The notes under the pieces were generated by a model. The model ran no database searches and was not told where the DNA came from. It was given only the letters and a program-made list of their open reading frames with translations. From positions 11,106,609-11,170,608 of the forward strand of contig JAHRHZ010000268.1 in NCBI GenBank assembly GCA_024137785.1: a stretch of 64,000 nt of DNA, given 5' to 3'. Positions 25,440 through 38,459 of this stretch are shown piece after piece; position 1 is the stretch's first letter, and each line of letters opens with the position of its first letter. Source of the DNA: Ginglymostoma cirratum (lineage: Eukaryota). A program made the position numbers and the translations under genes.

Positions 25440-26690
25440 TCTTGCCTGTTTTTACTCAAATTATATTTCATACTTTTTTTGCATTGAACAACATCTACCA
25501 CCTAGCCTCAAAGTGCTCCAAAGTTCTTGTAACATTGTACATTGCAACCCAATTTTGGTGTTATTTAGCAATTGCTAAATTTGTGTCATTTTCAGGATGT
25601 GTAAACAGTTGTAAATAGTAAATTAGTGGTCTCTCACACATCTTTCAAATTGCCATCTTTTGACATGGAGATACTTCACAACCCCCCCTCCCCACAACCA
25701 TTTTGTTCACGTGACTGCATTCTTCCTCGTTCAATGTGTCACCTTTGAGTCAAGTGCTTTTCGAAAATCCACATAAATCACACTTGCAGCATTTTTGCCT
25801 TATTTTATAAAGTTTGACAAAATGCCTTTTCAAAATCGGTTCTGACTGATTGACGTGTTTTTTGAGTGCTTCCTAATCATTTATATATTAAAGACTCTGG
25901 TAGTTTATCAACAGCTGAATTGAGATTAATTGATTGCAGTTTCTTAGTCTAATTATTTCTCTTTCTTCAAAGAGCATAGTGCCATTTATCACACTCCATT
26001 AAGTACAATTTTCTGTTCATAAAGTTTTGAAAAAGGATGGTCTGCTTGTGCTATTTCTTCCAAGCCTCCCTTAAGAATTATAAATACAAACCATTAAATA
26101 CAGGTGATTTGTTCACATTAAAATTGAGTTACTACTCTGGTACATTTCCTTTTGGATTAATTTCAATTAATCATTCTGCAATTGCAGTATTCACCTCCAT
26201 TCTTTTTTCACAGTTAACCTCACTCGTACACAGGTCTTTTTTTATTCCAAAAACACACTTTTTATTTGTTAAAAGAAATATACATACGAAGTCACTAAAG
26301 CAGTTTCAGTTCTGTATAATGAGAATTTCTCCTAACCCCTGTCATGTTAAACTAAAAGCCCCTGTCCTTGAATTTCCTTTTCTTAGATTAAACCTAATTA
26401 TATTATTCCAAATTCCAAATGTTGATCAACTTTTAGAACACGTACTTGCTCTGCTTATCATCCGAAATTAGTTAAAGCTGGGCTCCCTTCCTTGCCGGAA
26501 GTGAGTGAGATGGAAAACCATAGCAGAAAATCATCCTTCCCGATGCCCAACACACATGTTTGTTATGTTAATCTATTTCTGGGTACTTCAAAGTTCCTAC
26601 AAATAGCGCTCTGTTAATATACATGTCAACAACTTGTCAAAAGTTTTTCAATATTCATGTTTGGCAATTTGTAATGATGCACAGAAATGT
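25440..26690 (-). mobile_element. Highly decayed CR1-like LINE
   Basis: Scattered antisense CR1-like words (gctaaatttgtgtcatt, gcttttcgaaaatccacataaatcac = VIYVDFRKA on minus). Confidence 0.5.
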
Positions 26691-26694
26691 GACC

Positions 26695-26823
26695 AATTCT
26701 CAATCAGAGACCCGAAACATTAACCATATTTTATGTCCACAGTTGCTGCCAGACCTGCTGAGTTTTTCCAGCAATTTCTGTTTTTGTTACTTATTTCGAG
26801 CATCTGCAGTACTTTTGATTTCA
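26695..26823 (+). mobile_element. PLE pseudo-LTR/hammerhead unit, subfamily 2 (5' core lost)
   Basis: gacccgaaacattaac...cacagttgctgccagacctgctgagtttttccagcaatttctgttttt...gcatctgcagt. Confidence 0.8.
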
Positions 26824-27280
26824 TTTTCCCTATCATTCTACTGTTTTTATTTCTTCATCGCCATGTTAATTTAAGACCTTCCTTGGAGTTCTAATTAACC
26901 TTCTTGTGATATTTGTAAAACGTAAGTTAACTGTGTAAAGACTGTCCTTTTCTGTTTTCTTCGTACTTTATTTTACCTCTATATTTTATTGTGCCCCTAT
27001 AAGTCATGAGTATTTTTGAGGAAGGATAGTATATTCATTTCTGTAATAATATGCTTTTGAAAGTATTCCAAAGCAGCCGTTCACTTCAGAAAGCACCCAA
27101 GATTTCTGTTCACTGTATATCAGCAAATGAGTGTGGGTTTGTGATCAGTAATTAAGCATCGTGGGAATTGAATTTGTCCTATTATTTCCTCATGGTATGC
27201 AAGTGCTGTTGACTGAAGCATGACTGTTTCATTAACGTATGTCTGATCCAATTAATTTTGACTAATAAAAGCAAAATACT

Positions 27281-27585
27281 GGGCTCTTATGGCACAGTGG
27301 TACTGTCCCTACCTCTGAGCCAGGAGGCCTGAGTTCAAGTCCCGTTTGCTGCAGAGGTGTATGATAAAATGACTTAAGTTGATGGTAAAATATCTAGAAT
27401 CATACAGAACAGTACAGTCTTCAGCTCATCAATCCATACCGCCAAACACTCTGAAGGCAAAATACTAGGGCACTTGTGGTATAGTGGAAGTGTCACTACT
27501 TCTGAGCCAGAGGCTTGAGTTCAAGTCCTACCTGCTCCAGACGTTTGTCATAACATCTCCTGAACAAGCCGATTAGAAAATATCT
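27281..27585 (+). mobile_element. Two tandem short tRNA-derived SINEs (27281-27396, 27468-27585)
   Basis: Each has A box (tggcacagtgg / tggtatagtgg), B box (gagttcaagtcc) and ends in aaaatatct. Confidence 0.8.
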
Positions 27586-27692
27586 GAAAGCAAAATATCA
27601 CAGATATTGGAAATCTGAAAGAAACATTGAAAATGACTTGAAGAACTCAGCAGGTTTTGCAGCATCTGTGGTGAGAGGAGCAGAGTTAACTT
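27586..27692 (-). mobile_element. PLE pseudo-LTR unit, subfamily 2
   Basis: aaagcaaaata...ggaaatctgaaa...aactcagcagg...gcagcatctgtg...cagagttaac. Confidence 0.75.
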
Positions 27693-27939
27693 TTAAAGTT
27701 TGGTATTACTGTTCTGCAGAACGCTTTGACCAAAACCACACCTTGGAGGATGCTGACTCCTGTGTCTGACTGAATTGTGCTTAATAATCCTTTCTTCCAA
27801 AAGTAAGGCTGAGCAAAGAGATTTGAAGTGCTAGTTGCCAGGGTAATGAGTTTGTGTCCTAAATGAAGATACTTAAAGCCAACCAGACCCACCCCAGTGT
27901 CTCAACTTGGACTTGTGTAGCCATGCCTCAATCTGGACG

Positions 27940-28400
27940 TTAAATAAGCAGACGAAAACAACGAAGCAACAACGTATTTGGTGCTTTAATATTGAAGCAC
28001 ACTAGGAGATGTGAGCAGTGAAAGTTACCAAAATCTTTGTTAAAGTGTCAAACTTAAAGATGTCAGAGGAGAGAGGAGAGATGGAAAAAGTTTAAAGATG
28101 AAATTGCAGAAAGAGGGTACAGATGCAGGAAGGTGTTGAGTGGTAGCATCAACGAACTATTGAGAGACTAAAAGATATGAGTTAAAATATGGAATTAGAG
28201 GAGTTTTCTAGCATAGTGATGGATGAGGCAATGAAGATAAAGTGATGATTGAGGTTTATCCTCTGTGTTGGGAATTGGGAAGTAAGTGGAAGTTGATGGC
28301 GATAAGGTCATCCGTGACGGATAAAGATGGAGGGCAAGGAGAAGGCAGTTGCTCTGCATGATAGATTGTTCTTCGAGAACTTGGCAACAAAAAAAAAACT
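27940..28400 (-). mobile_element. Old L2-like LINE fragment
   Basis: Purine-rich stretch resembling 10978-11270 (accaaaatctttgttaaag...gaggagagaggagagatggaaaaagttt). Confidence 0.45.
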
Positions 28401-31400
28401 CACTCTTTTAATCCAAAGAGTCTTGCAAGGTATATGAGAACCAATGATTAGCAATAACAATAAGGAAGCAAATCTGAAAGTAACAACCGGGATAAGGATT
28501 TAATTGATAGCGCAGTTGATGCGAACTGGTGGTCGAAGATACAAATAGTCTTGCTGATGGATGGGGTGTGGCATCTCCACCCAGCTCTGCATCGAGCATT
28601 GCCAAATTTAACTTGAGTGAGCAACTGGAGAAGAGAATTATTTCAGGCCAACGGTATATACAAGTGATGTATTTCAGTGGATAAATGTGCTAAATCACAT
28701 TGGTCATTGATGACGTGGGATGGCTTGCTGAAATGACTGTGGAAGAAACGAATCATTGGAAGTCACAGATACCATCAATCAGAGGGGGAATATATAAATT
28801 AAGTCATGTTAAAACATTTATTTCTGAGATGAAGGCTTTGTTTAAAAATGTTCATCCAATATGGTATAGGCAGTCCACAATCATTTTGACACTAACACAG
28901 GAATCTTCCTTCCCAGTGTAACTTGACAGCTGCAACTGGAGGTTACTGTCTACAGGTAGAAAAAGATACTCATCTATGATTAAGAATTAATGGTGTAAAT
29001 TATTTTTAATGTGAAGTAGGGAGTAGTGGTTTTACCCGAAGTCTTGTATTGTGACCTGGCTGCTGTACGTGCGAATTCTTCTGAATTGGGTGAGTTCTCT
29101 GGAATTGAGTATATAAACTAGCTCTGTCAGAACTGGTGATGACCGTGTCTGTCGAGTGCATGAGAAAGAAACTACTTGTATTACCATAGCACCACATCAC
29201 AACCTCAAGAACTTCCAACTTGCTTTCAAAATGGTGGATTACCTCCTTCAGTAATACGTACACTACTATTAAGTGCAAACATGAGTCCAACAAGTCCCAT
29301 AACTAGTAAACGAATGAATTGCTGGATTGTTTTGGTATTGAGGGGAAATATCAAGGGTACCTTATGGTCTTTTGCTTCTCTTTAAATAACCCTACCTGAG
29401 TAGGGTTCACCTGGCCAAGTAGAAGTTAATTATCACTTTTTTGTGTGGCGGCATTTCCAACAATGTAACTCCTTTTCTTAAAGGATGAGGTATGAAGGCA
29501 TTGAGGCAAAGTGTTTAGAATTATTGGAGGATTATTGCAAATCGTCTTTCAGTGTTGTGAGATGATCACTTGTGGAAGCTGATCAGATGTGTCTATTTTC
29601 AATCACACGAGGATACAGATTTGGATTAAGCGATGTCATCGGTTTAAAAAGATATCTTGTATGTTCTCCCTGCTGAGAGGGAAAAATATAAGCAGTATCA
29701 CTTATTCTTTATCCTCAGAAAACTTTTTAAATAAAATTTTATTAAATCTGCATTTGTAGAGATTGGAGAAACAATTTTGAGAAAGAAAGAAGTATTTGGA
29801 AAGGTTAGAAAGGCATGCAATAATTCAGTTGGTTTGGGCCAAGGAATTTAATTTAAATAAGTGATTAGTGATTGCCGTGAGTCCAAAAAAACGTCTTTTG
29901 ATGTCTGTTACAAATGAGTGCCTGTCAACACGTCTAAATCTTAAATATCTTATTCTTCCTGGACAAGAAAAGCAAATATAATCACTTATAAGAAATGGCC
30001 GCCACTATAGCAAACTATTATTCATACGAATGTTGCTGAGGGGACGTGAATTCTTTCATATTCCTTATATATGGTGGTTTATTTTGATGTCCAAGGACCT
30101 ATGTTAAGCTTTGAAGAGGACAAGTTTCTCTTCTTTAATCTTCAACTTTCATGCAGTTTACACATAGCAATCTTTATTTATAAATATCCAAGCACCAATT
30201 ACGTACGACTGGAGAAGGTTCTCTGTAATGGAAGTGAGGTTTAGGATTTAATTGCAGAAGTCTTTACTTCAAATGTCTGTATGATCAAAAAACTTGGGAG
30301 GAAAAAAATGTATCTTTTATATTTTGCAGAAAAACCATCTGTTCTCATCCTGAAGTTTCAAAACGTTCCAGGAGTTGTGGGTCTTTTAAGGTTTTAGATT
30401 TGCCACATTCCAGTTTGGCATTTTGAGCTTCTTGTGCAAGAAAGTGAGCAACCCTGTTCTCTTAACTGGTGCAGAGTTTTACATCAAAAGATTGAAAATA
30501 TACAATTGAAAATCTACTTAAATGTACTTGCAGCGTGCGCTTAAATTGGTCAGTAAGCTTTGTTCTGCTGGTTTGTGGTAATGTACTCTGCAGAAAGGTC
30601 AACCAGTGACTGATGGGTGGTCACATATTGACTTAGATGTTAAGTTTGACAGTTCATTTTAAAATGCATAACTTAGCATCATTGCAATATGTTGAAGAAA
30701 CATTTTGCTGTTAGAGGCCATAGTATCCATGATTATTGAATGAAAGGGAAATTTTTGACTTGGCTATGTATTCATAATTAAACACTTTTTCTTTTTTCAA
30801 ATATACCAACTCTGATTTTATTTGAAAAGTGACATTAACTATGATCAAATACATGTGTTTGGTCAAAAGTAAACACATCCTTGTAATCTAGAAGATAACT
30901 AGTTTAATCAGCAGAACAACAAATTGAAACATATGAAATGAAAACTGTCTTCACAGTGCGTTGTGCTAAATGAATTTGATGGGCACTATTTAACTTCAAT
31001 GACTCCTTTGTGAAAAATGTATTTTAAGGTATTACTTGATTGTGTTTTCTATTTGTATGGGCAGTAAATGACGTTGTCCCTGTGCCAAAATAGAGGTGTG
31101 TGTGTGTAACTGAAATATGTTAAGTTGAACTAATAAAATGCAGAAATGTTAACCCTCATTTTGGAATTCTCATCTCTTGAAGCATAACCATTGGTTTTAA
31201 CCCTAAACCCATAAGGCTGACATATGTGGATGTGTGCAGTCTTATCAAAGTGATTTTTGGGAAGTAAGAGATTGTTATTTTGGATATGATAAATTGGAGA
31301 TTAACCTACATTAAGCATGTACAGTGAAGAGGGATGTATACAGAAAAATGGGGAACGCTATTTGCACTTTGTCAAACAAGAAACCCTGACTAAAACAAAA

Positions 31401-31699
31401 TTAGGTGAATGAATATAGGAGCTTATATTATTGAAGAGTTCCAATTTGTAATTTGACCCTATTCTTTTTAAGCTGCCCAGCATTGTTCCTCCCAGCAGCT
31501 AAGCTAATTGGCATTGTAAATGGTCCCCTCACCACAGAAACTATTCTTGTTCTTTTGACAACTACTAACATTAACAGTCCTCAGAAAATAAATCACTTTT
31601 TTTTAAATTACTACTTGGTCGTTCACTTCCATTGCCACTCAAATACTTGATTTTCTTTTGTCTCCATTCCCGTTCATGCTTCATGTACCTGTTTTAACT

Positions 31700-32880
31700 A
31701 TTTCAGTCTAGTTTTTACCCCTGCTACGGCACTGAAACAATTCTAATCAAAGTTAAAACAATACACTTTGTGAGCAGGAGTGCATTTTCTCTCCTTAACT
31801 ATTGTACTGTCCTTGACATCAGCTTCACCATCCTGCTGTAGTATCTTTCTTTCTGTTGTCCATCATGTTGGAAAGTCCTTGTTTGGTTACCCTGAGTTCA
31901 TCAGTAGAACCTACATTATCTCTGTTTTGAATCCCCTGATGTTCTATCTTTATACCTTACCTGTCCTTCATCTCTGTTGCCATTTAGTAGTATCATTTAT
32001 ACAATCGGGGACAGTTTCTAGATGTAGACTTAAGACACAGCTCCACCACATAGATTGCTTTAGTGTCGTTTGCTTATCTGAAATGCTGCTTTAAATGAGA
32101 GAGAATCTCCACTAACTGAAGACGAGAATCATCAACAGCCTTTGCCCCAAACTCCAAGCTCTTGTCACTGTTTCCATCGCTCTCCCAAACCACAATCTCT
32201 GGCTGAGCCTAGCATTTGTTTCATCCTCGGTTTGAACTTCTGATCCTAAATTCCATCCAACATTTGCAGGAGGTATTGGTGTGGTGGTAATGTTACGGGA
32301 CTAGTAATCTAGAAGCCTAGACTAATGCTCCTTGACACAGGTTCAAATCCTGCCACAGCAGCAGTTGAAATTTTAACTCCATTCATAAATTTGAGACCAA
32401 AAGCTACAATCAATCCAGGGACATGAAAATATCATTGATTTGTCGTAAACAGAATCACCTGGTTCACCAATGTCATTACGGAAGTGAAATCTGCCTTTCT
32501 CACCTGGTCTAGCCTACATGCAATTCCACACCCACAGCAATGTGGTTGACTCTTGACTGCCCTTGAAATGGCAAGCCTAAGGATTTAGGGTTGGGCCAGA
32601 AATGCTGATCTTGACAGCGTCACCCACATCCCATAAAAAGAAAAAAAAGACTCCATGTTTCTATCCATAAGATTGCTTATCTCTGCATTTACCTCAACCC
32701 ATCTGGCCCTGGAACACGCATTCCCACTTCCATGCTCAGCTAATTCCAACTTTATCCTGATAAGTCTCCTATCTTCCACCTTCTGTTACCGACTCATTCT
32801 CTTGTTTGTCCATTGCCACTGTCCTTTGAGTCCTTTCCCAGAACCATGGATGTTAAAGTTTATCAGATACTATCAAAGTT
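31700..32880 (+). mobile_element. Old L2-like LINE interrupted by a SINE
   Basis: cggcactgaaacaattctaatcaaagtt (STETALxKV-like RT motif), gtccttgacatc, agacacagctccacc (DTQL); resumes after 32650. Confidence 0.6.
32268..32650 (+). mobile_element. tRNA-derived SINE, same family as 11977-12343
   Basis: B box ggttcaaatcc, body ggttcaccaatgtc...cccacagcaatgtggttgactct, A-rich tail. Confidence 0.85.
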
Positions 32881-33754
32881 GTTTAGTTTCTCTAGTATAT
32901 TGTGTTTTTATTTTAGATTTATATTAATTTGCCAGTCTCTTATTCTTAATGAAGGTTAGTGAAGATTGATCATTTCAGGAGAAAATTATCTGTGCTTCAG
33001 CCGACTAACTTTTGCATCTAATGGAACTTGGGACTGTGCTGCACTAACTGGATAATGTATGTTATGATTTGATGTAATACTTTTGTTTAAACTTATTTTC
33101 TTTTCAAATGCCAGGCAATTGATAATTGTGCAATCTTGATCATCAGCTGCATTTCTGCTGGTATGTTTATTGAAGTGTAGCTTGCTATTTCCTTCAGCAG
33201 CATAGCTAAATAAGACAGGCAGCAGAAGTCTCATTGTTAAGTTGACTTTGGGGTTGGTTGCAATCTAGAACAAAGGCGTACAGCTTCAGTTAACACCGTA
33301 TTCAAGACTTTTTTTTAAAATGAGACTTGATTTTGCACAATGCCAAGATGCAAAGTCCCAGTGCCTTTCCCCCTATTCCTCCCCTGCATTTCCACATTTC
33401 CATTTTGATTTGATACATTAGCATAGAATTTTCCAACTGAAGTTACTGAATTCAGTTGCATAAGAGGAGTTGTTGCAGTTTTTTGTTACTGCATTGAACG
33501 CCGATCTCTGTAGCCACAGCACGTAAAAGTTCACAGTTTGAAAAAAATTTTTCCATGATCATTTCCTGTTCTAAAGCGTATTCTAAACCCATGGATTACC
33601 ACTAGATAATGAGTGAGAATCAGCTTTAAAGTTTTGCATTTAGTTAGAGTGGCTGGTTTCCACCTGCATTTTGAATGGGTGCATTTGTAATGGAAAAGGT
33701 TTGCAGTTTTTGGATAGGCCTTTAACAAGGCAGCAGGCAGGCTGAGACTTGAAT

Positions 33755-33856
33755 TAGGAACAAAAACAAAGTTGCTGGAAAAGCTCAGCAGGTCTGGCAG
33801 CATCTGTGAAGAGGAAACAGAGTTAACGTTTTGGGTCCAGTGACCCTTCCTCAGAA
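33755..33856 (-). mobile_element. PLE pseudo-LTR/hammerhead unit, subfamily 2
   Basis: Reverse complement: ttCTGAGGAagggtcactggacccAAAACGTTaactc. Perfect 5-bp stem II, but core G12 is mutated to A. Confidence 0.85.
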
Positions 33857-36814
33857 GGGTTCTATATCACTATATCACCATTGCACATCATCACATGTCT
33901 GATCTACTGTCATAGTAACTGAAGCTACATGAGTGAAGCTACCAAACTACCCATCGTCAGTACAATGCTCAAACCCTGAGGGAGTTCTACTATTTCTCTA
34001 ACACCCACCCCAGTATGACAACTTCCGCTTCCACATTGAACAATGACAAGTTAGAAAGCCTTCAGATGGTTGAAAACTTTTGATTTTCCTTTTGTTCTGT
34101 AAAAGTTAAGAAACAACTAGTGAAAAGAGCTACATTTGCTTCTGGAAATAAATGGGGACTGCTTACCTTTTGAGCAGCAATAACAGTACTGTACAATCAG
34201 TGAATGATCACTTCACCAGACTTTGATCTATTGGAACTTGGTGTCAAGTAAGGCTGGCTTGTTGTCTCAGTATTGCACTGCTGTATCGCGGTGAAGGTGA
34301 TGCCCTTCTTATGAGTGTTCTTATTTTCCTGCTCCAAAGACTACTGCTGTTCTCCCAGCTCTTCAACCTCCATCAGATCCCGTCTTTGCCTGCTCCAGTT
34401 GTGCAGAGCGCAGCATTCAATGATTATATGGCACGCTCTGTCTGGATTGTGCTGTATCCCCCTCCCCTAGTCCAATCCAAACGTTGAAACCTCCTCTGCA
34501 GGCTTACCATCTGCTCTATGTTGCTCCTGACTGAAGAATAGGCTGCATCGTATATGCATTCTGGCACAGTCAGGGGTTTGTGTCATAGAGTCATCAGCCA
34601 AGGTTGCAGTGGGTAGCCCTTGTCTTGTGTAACCATCTGTGTAAAGCATCTGGCCCTTTAAGTGAAGCAGGAACATGGCAGTTCTCAAGGATATAGACCT
34701 CCTGCCCCCTCCCAGGGTACTTTGCATTGCCTTCTATGAGATGTTGCCAATCACACCATGATTGGATATTGATGGACTGGACTCCTCTCCTGTTGATCAA
34801 GCCAGATGTGCTATGATATTGTAAGGATTACTTTTACTCTTTTGGACTGCGCACTTAACAATGGTGAAATGGTACTGCTTTAAACAAGGGACTTTGGAAG
34901 AATATGTTGCAATTTTGAATTGAAGCGTGTGACCAGACTCATTGTGTGGTCTGTCTACACAGTTGCCTTATTTCAGCAGCGGCAGAGAATACTAGGCATC
35001 TTTGCTCCGTGGGTAGAAATTCAGAACAGTTTTGTTCATTGACAAACTGTTTCATTCAACTGTGACCATTTGTAGGTGTTCAGGTGTGCTCAGCGTAGTA
35101 ACAACTTTGTGATTGTGATTGATTCCTATGTGAGTAGCTGCAGCTTTTTATTTGGATAGTGCAGCAGAAACATCCAGCCAGAGTAGCAGAAAACTCCTCT
35201 CTCCCTTTCATTCTGTACCTCTCTGCTGTGAGGAAATGTAAAAGAAAATCCTGAGCAGTTAGCTACTCTATCTCTGTTGCTGTCAATCACCTGCTTGCTG
35301 TCTCTCATGCACATGATCTTGCCTGCACCCTCTCTGCCTGGAAGGATAAATCTTCAACCGGTTGGATAAAGGATTGAGAATTGGTATGTCCACACCTTGT
35401 GTCTTCATTGGAGCTGAAAGGAATTAAATAAACCCTAATGCCTGTATTCTGGACTGGTGCCAGAACAATGCTTCGCTGACATTTTGTTTCTTCCCCATCA
35501 GTAATAATTGTACTTTGTCTTGTCTCTTTGTCCTGTTTGCATGTGTTTGGGAATTTTTAAGATGGCATGGAGTTTATTATGTTGCCCTTGACAGACTGGA
35601 GCAAGACTTGCTGAGTGATCACTGTCCCTCTTGACTTGTTACACTTTGAGACACGGCCATTTGTTTGAACCATATTCCGTGTGTTTGCAGCATAAGCTGC
35701 TGGCGTTTGATGTCGTATTATCCTGTAGAGCAACATGTTCAGCCCTGTGACTGATCACTGCTGACCACCATGAGAACCTACCTGGTTTTTCTTTCTGTGC
35801 TAAAGGCAAAGCGTAGCAGAGATGTTGTGGGCATCCAACTGGGCACAAAGTGACTGAGCAATAAGAGAGCAAGTGAAGATCTTGGAGGTGCAGCGTTTCT
35901 GATGCATGAGCTGTGTGCCTGTCACTGTGTGGAAAGTATCCTGGCACTAGCATTATAATGGAAGGTGCCAGTGCACTTAAAATGCAACATTAAAGTGGAT
36001 AACTGCATTCTAAGTGAGTCACAGATTTTTGTTTTTTATGTAATGAGCCACAAGTATATCTTCTGTGGATGGGAGGGAAGGTTCAGGCAGTTACTAGCCT
36101 TGGAGGGTGCTGTGAGGTGTCGGGGAGTATTGGCCAAGATGAAGGCCTGGAGCACGAGGTGTCTACTCTGACTTTTATTTTGAGAGTTGTTGCATCTAGT
36201 TTTACTCTCCTGCTTGCTAGAATGGCAGGTGGTATGTAGAAACAGTGAGATGGGTAACAATGAGATGTTACTACATGCAGACAATCCTGGCGTCACTCCA
36301 CTGCAGGATTCTTGTTTCACTGTTGTATCCTTTAATGGAAAGTCAAACTTTTTGTTGCTCTTAACGTTGGGATCTCATCTTTCTGATCTTTCCATATTTT
36401 CCTGGCTGATTTGCCATCGCCCATGTCATTCACAGGGCTGGGGAATTAATGCCAAAATTTCCTTTATTTGGAAAAGACAGAAAATGGAGAAGACAGCAAA
36501 TGTGACTGTGCTGCTTGTGCATTCTTCTCTACATGAGCAAAAAGTCACACTTAGTGGTTGCCTCCAAACCCGGCTGTGCTGTCCTTACACAGGGATAAAG
36601 TAGATGGTGAGTTTCACTTCACATGGATTCTGATTCTGAAAAATGCCATCTAATGGTCAACGAAAGCAAGTGATGATAGCGGGAATAAATGATCACAGTT
36701 CCTTTTTCTCTCGTTGAGTCTTATTCTGAGTTGAGGCAGAGGGGAAGAAGCTGAGTAAAAGAAATGAGTCATGAGCATGTGAATAGTTGAGCTTCTGGAG
36801 CACAAGTCAGAATC

Positions 36815-36840
36815 AGAAAGAAAGAAAGAAAGAAAGAAAA
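36815..36840 (+). repeat. (GAAA)n microsatellite
   Basis: About 6 GAAA units. Confidence 0.85.
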
Positions 36841-37042
36841 ATTGAAATTGTTGAGAAACTGAGCAGGTCTGGCAGCATCTGTTTCTGGTCAGGTGACCCT
36901 TGTACGGAATGCTGAGTTCTGTTGTAAGGCCACTGGACCCGAAATATTAACTCTGCCTACTCTCCACAGATGCTGTTAGATCTGCTGAGTTTCTCCAGCT
37001 ATTTCTATTTTGTTTCAGATTTCCAGCATCTGTAGTTTTGTT
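36838..37042. mobile_element. Head-to-head inverted dimer of PLE pseudo-LTR unit, subfamily 2
   Basis: gagaaactgagcaggtctggcagcatctgt (36853-36882) is the near reverse complement of acagatgctgttagatctgctgagtttctc (36966-36995). Confidence 0.8.
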
Positions 37043-37914
37043 TAATTTAAAAGTTGTTTATTCTCACACTGCTTTTCATTTCATTCTGTGCTTCCCGGAA
37101 TACCACACTGTGGGGGAAGTATTTTTTGAAGTGAAGCAAGCAGGTCTGTCTGCATTTAAGAAGACTTTGCAGACAGCAACAGGCTAATCCTTTTCTTAAT
37201 ATATGTTTTTTGTGTTGCTTGAGGGGGTTGTTGTTGATCTACAGATCCGCTGTGCTGCCTGTTTTCGTTGATATCTTCCTAAGGACAGCACCTCCAGCAA
37301 TGCAGCACTCCTTTTATACTGTACTCATGAGTAGGGTCAAAACCGTGTTCAATTCAAGTTAAAAGCCCAGTAACTAAAGCTGACAGTGAAGGACCAGATC
37401 CCTCAGCTTGAACGAAGTTATTCTTTGTTTCTTTCTACAACGCTCATTTAAAACCACTTGCCTTGAGAAATCATCGCCCCTCCCTGTTATAAAGAATGTG
37501 GAGGATGAGATTGGAAGTTATTGAAGTTAATGTTCTGATGATCGCAGTATAGAGTGTCCTGGGGAACAGGTTTCTGGTGGAGTTGGGCTTAATTGGAATC
37601 ATGCTGACGGTAAAGGCAAAAGACTCAGATCTTGAGTGGGCTGGGGAATTTAAGTGACTGAGAGCTTGGAGCTGACTGACTGACCAGAGGCATTTGACAG
37701 TGGTCTTCCCAGATTAGGAAACACAGCATGTTGACTACTAGGGTGAATACACGTACTTAATGATAATAGAAGAAAATTACAGTTTTTTGCCCACACTCCT
37801 CTTTCATTCTTTTCCTCACCCTCTTTCTCTGTTCTGAACCTCAACCACCTCCTCTCACCCTATCATTGTACAGTTTATTCTATATTTTATTATAATTATT
37901 TTTCATATTTTTAG

Positions 37915-38040
37915 GACTAATAAAGGGTTACAGCCAAAATGTTGATGTGCATTCTCTCTGCAGGTGCTCATTTACCTGCTATTTTATTGAATTTTCTTTT
38001 TTGTTGGATTTTTAGCATTTGCAGTACCTTTTTCCCTTTT
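37915..38040 (+). mobile_element. Decayed PLE pseudo-LTR unit
   Basis: ctaataaagggttacagccaaaatgttga...cagg tgct...acctgct...tagcatttgcagt. Confidence 0.55.
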
Positions 38041-38459
38041 TACTTATTCAATACAAAGCTAAAACCTGGTCACACGCAGCCATAAGCATCCACCAAGAAA
38101 ACAGAGCCCTTTTGTAGCCCTAGTTTGAGCACAGAAAATACAAGCAATGTTTCTTCACACCTTCTGTAACAATCATAGCAGCATAAAAATGTTACACCCA
38201 TGCAAATCTGTATAGTTACACTTACACAGTGTATTTCAGAAGCCAATAATAAAAACATGTTTTAAAATGACCCCATATCAATCTGATTTACTTCAGCCAT
38301 CCTAACTGTGTGCAGTTACACTCCAAGGATGTAACTTGTTATGTTCCAGTGCTTGTTTTATTCGCCAGTGGTTTCATTATGATTGCAAAAACTGTGCTTT
38401 TTTTACTTGCCCTGTTCTCATGGAAACTGAGCAACATACACTGAGAGATTTCTTTGTGT

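Noticed and set aside
26037-26471. 144-aa plus-strand ORF
   Set aside because: Lies antisense within a decayed CR1; low-complexity F/L/I composition.
27281-27545. Functional tRNA genes at A/B-box sites
   Set aside because: No cloverleaf or anticodon arm; they continue into SINE bodies, so they are SINE heads.
28430-29330. Possible decayed coding or transposase region
   Set aside because: Looks mildly coding-like, but I could not recover any motif in six frames.
34467-34800. LYTDG motif suggesting RNase H
   Set aside because: Single short motif; downstream RNase H catalytic residues are not recognisable.
36036-36603. 138-aa and 94-aa overlapping ORFs
   Set aside because: No recognisable motif or convincing splice boundaries.
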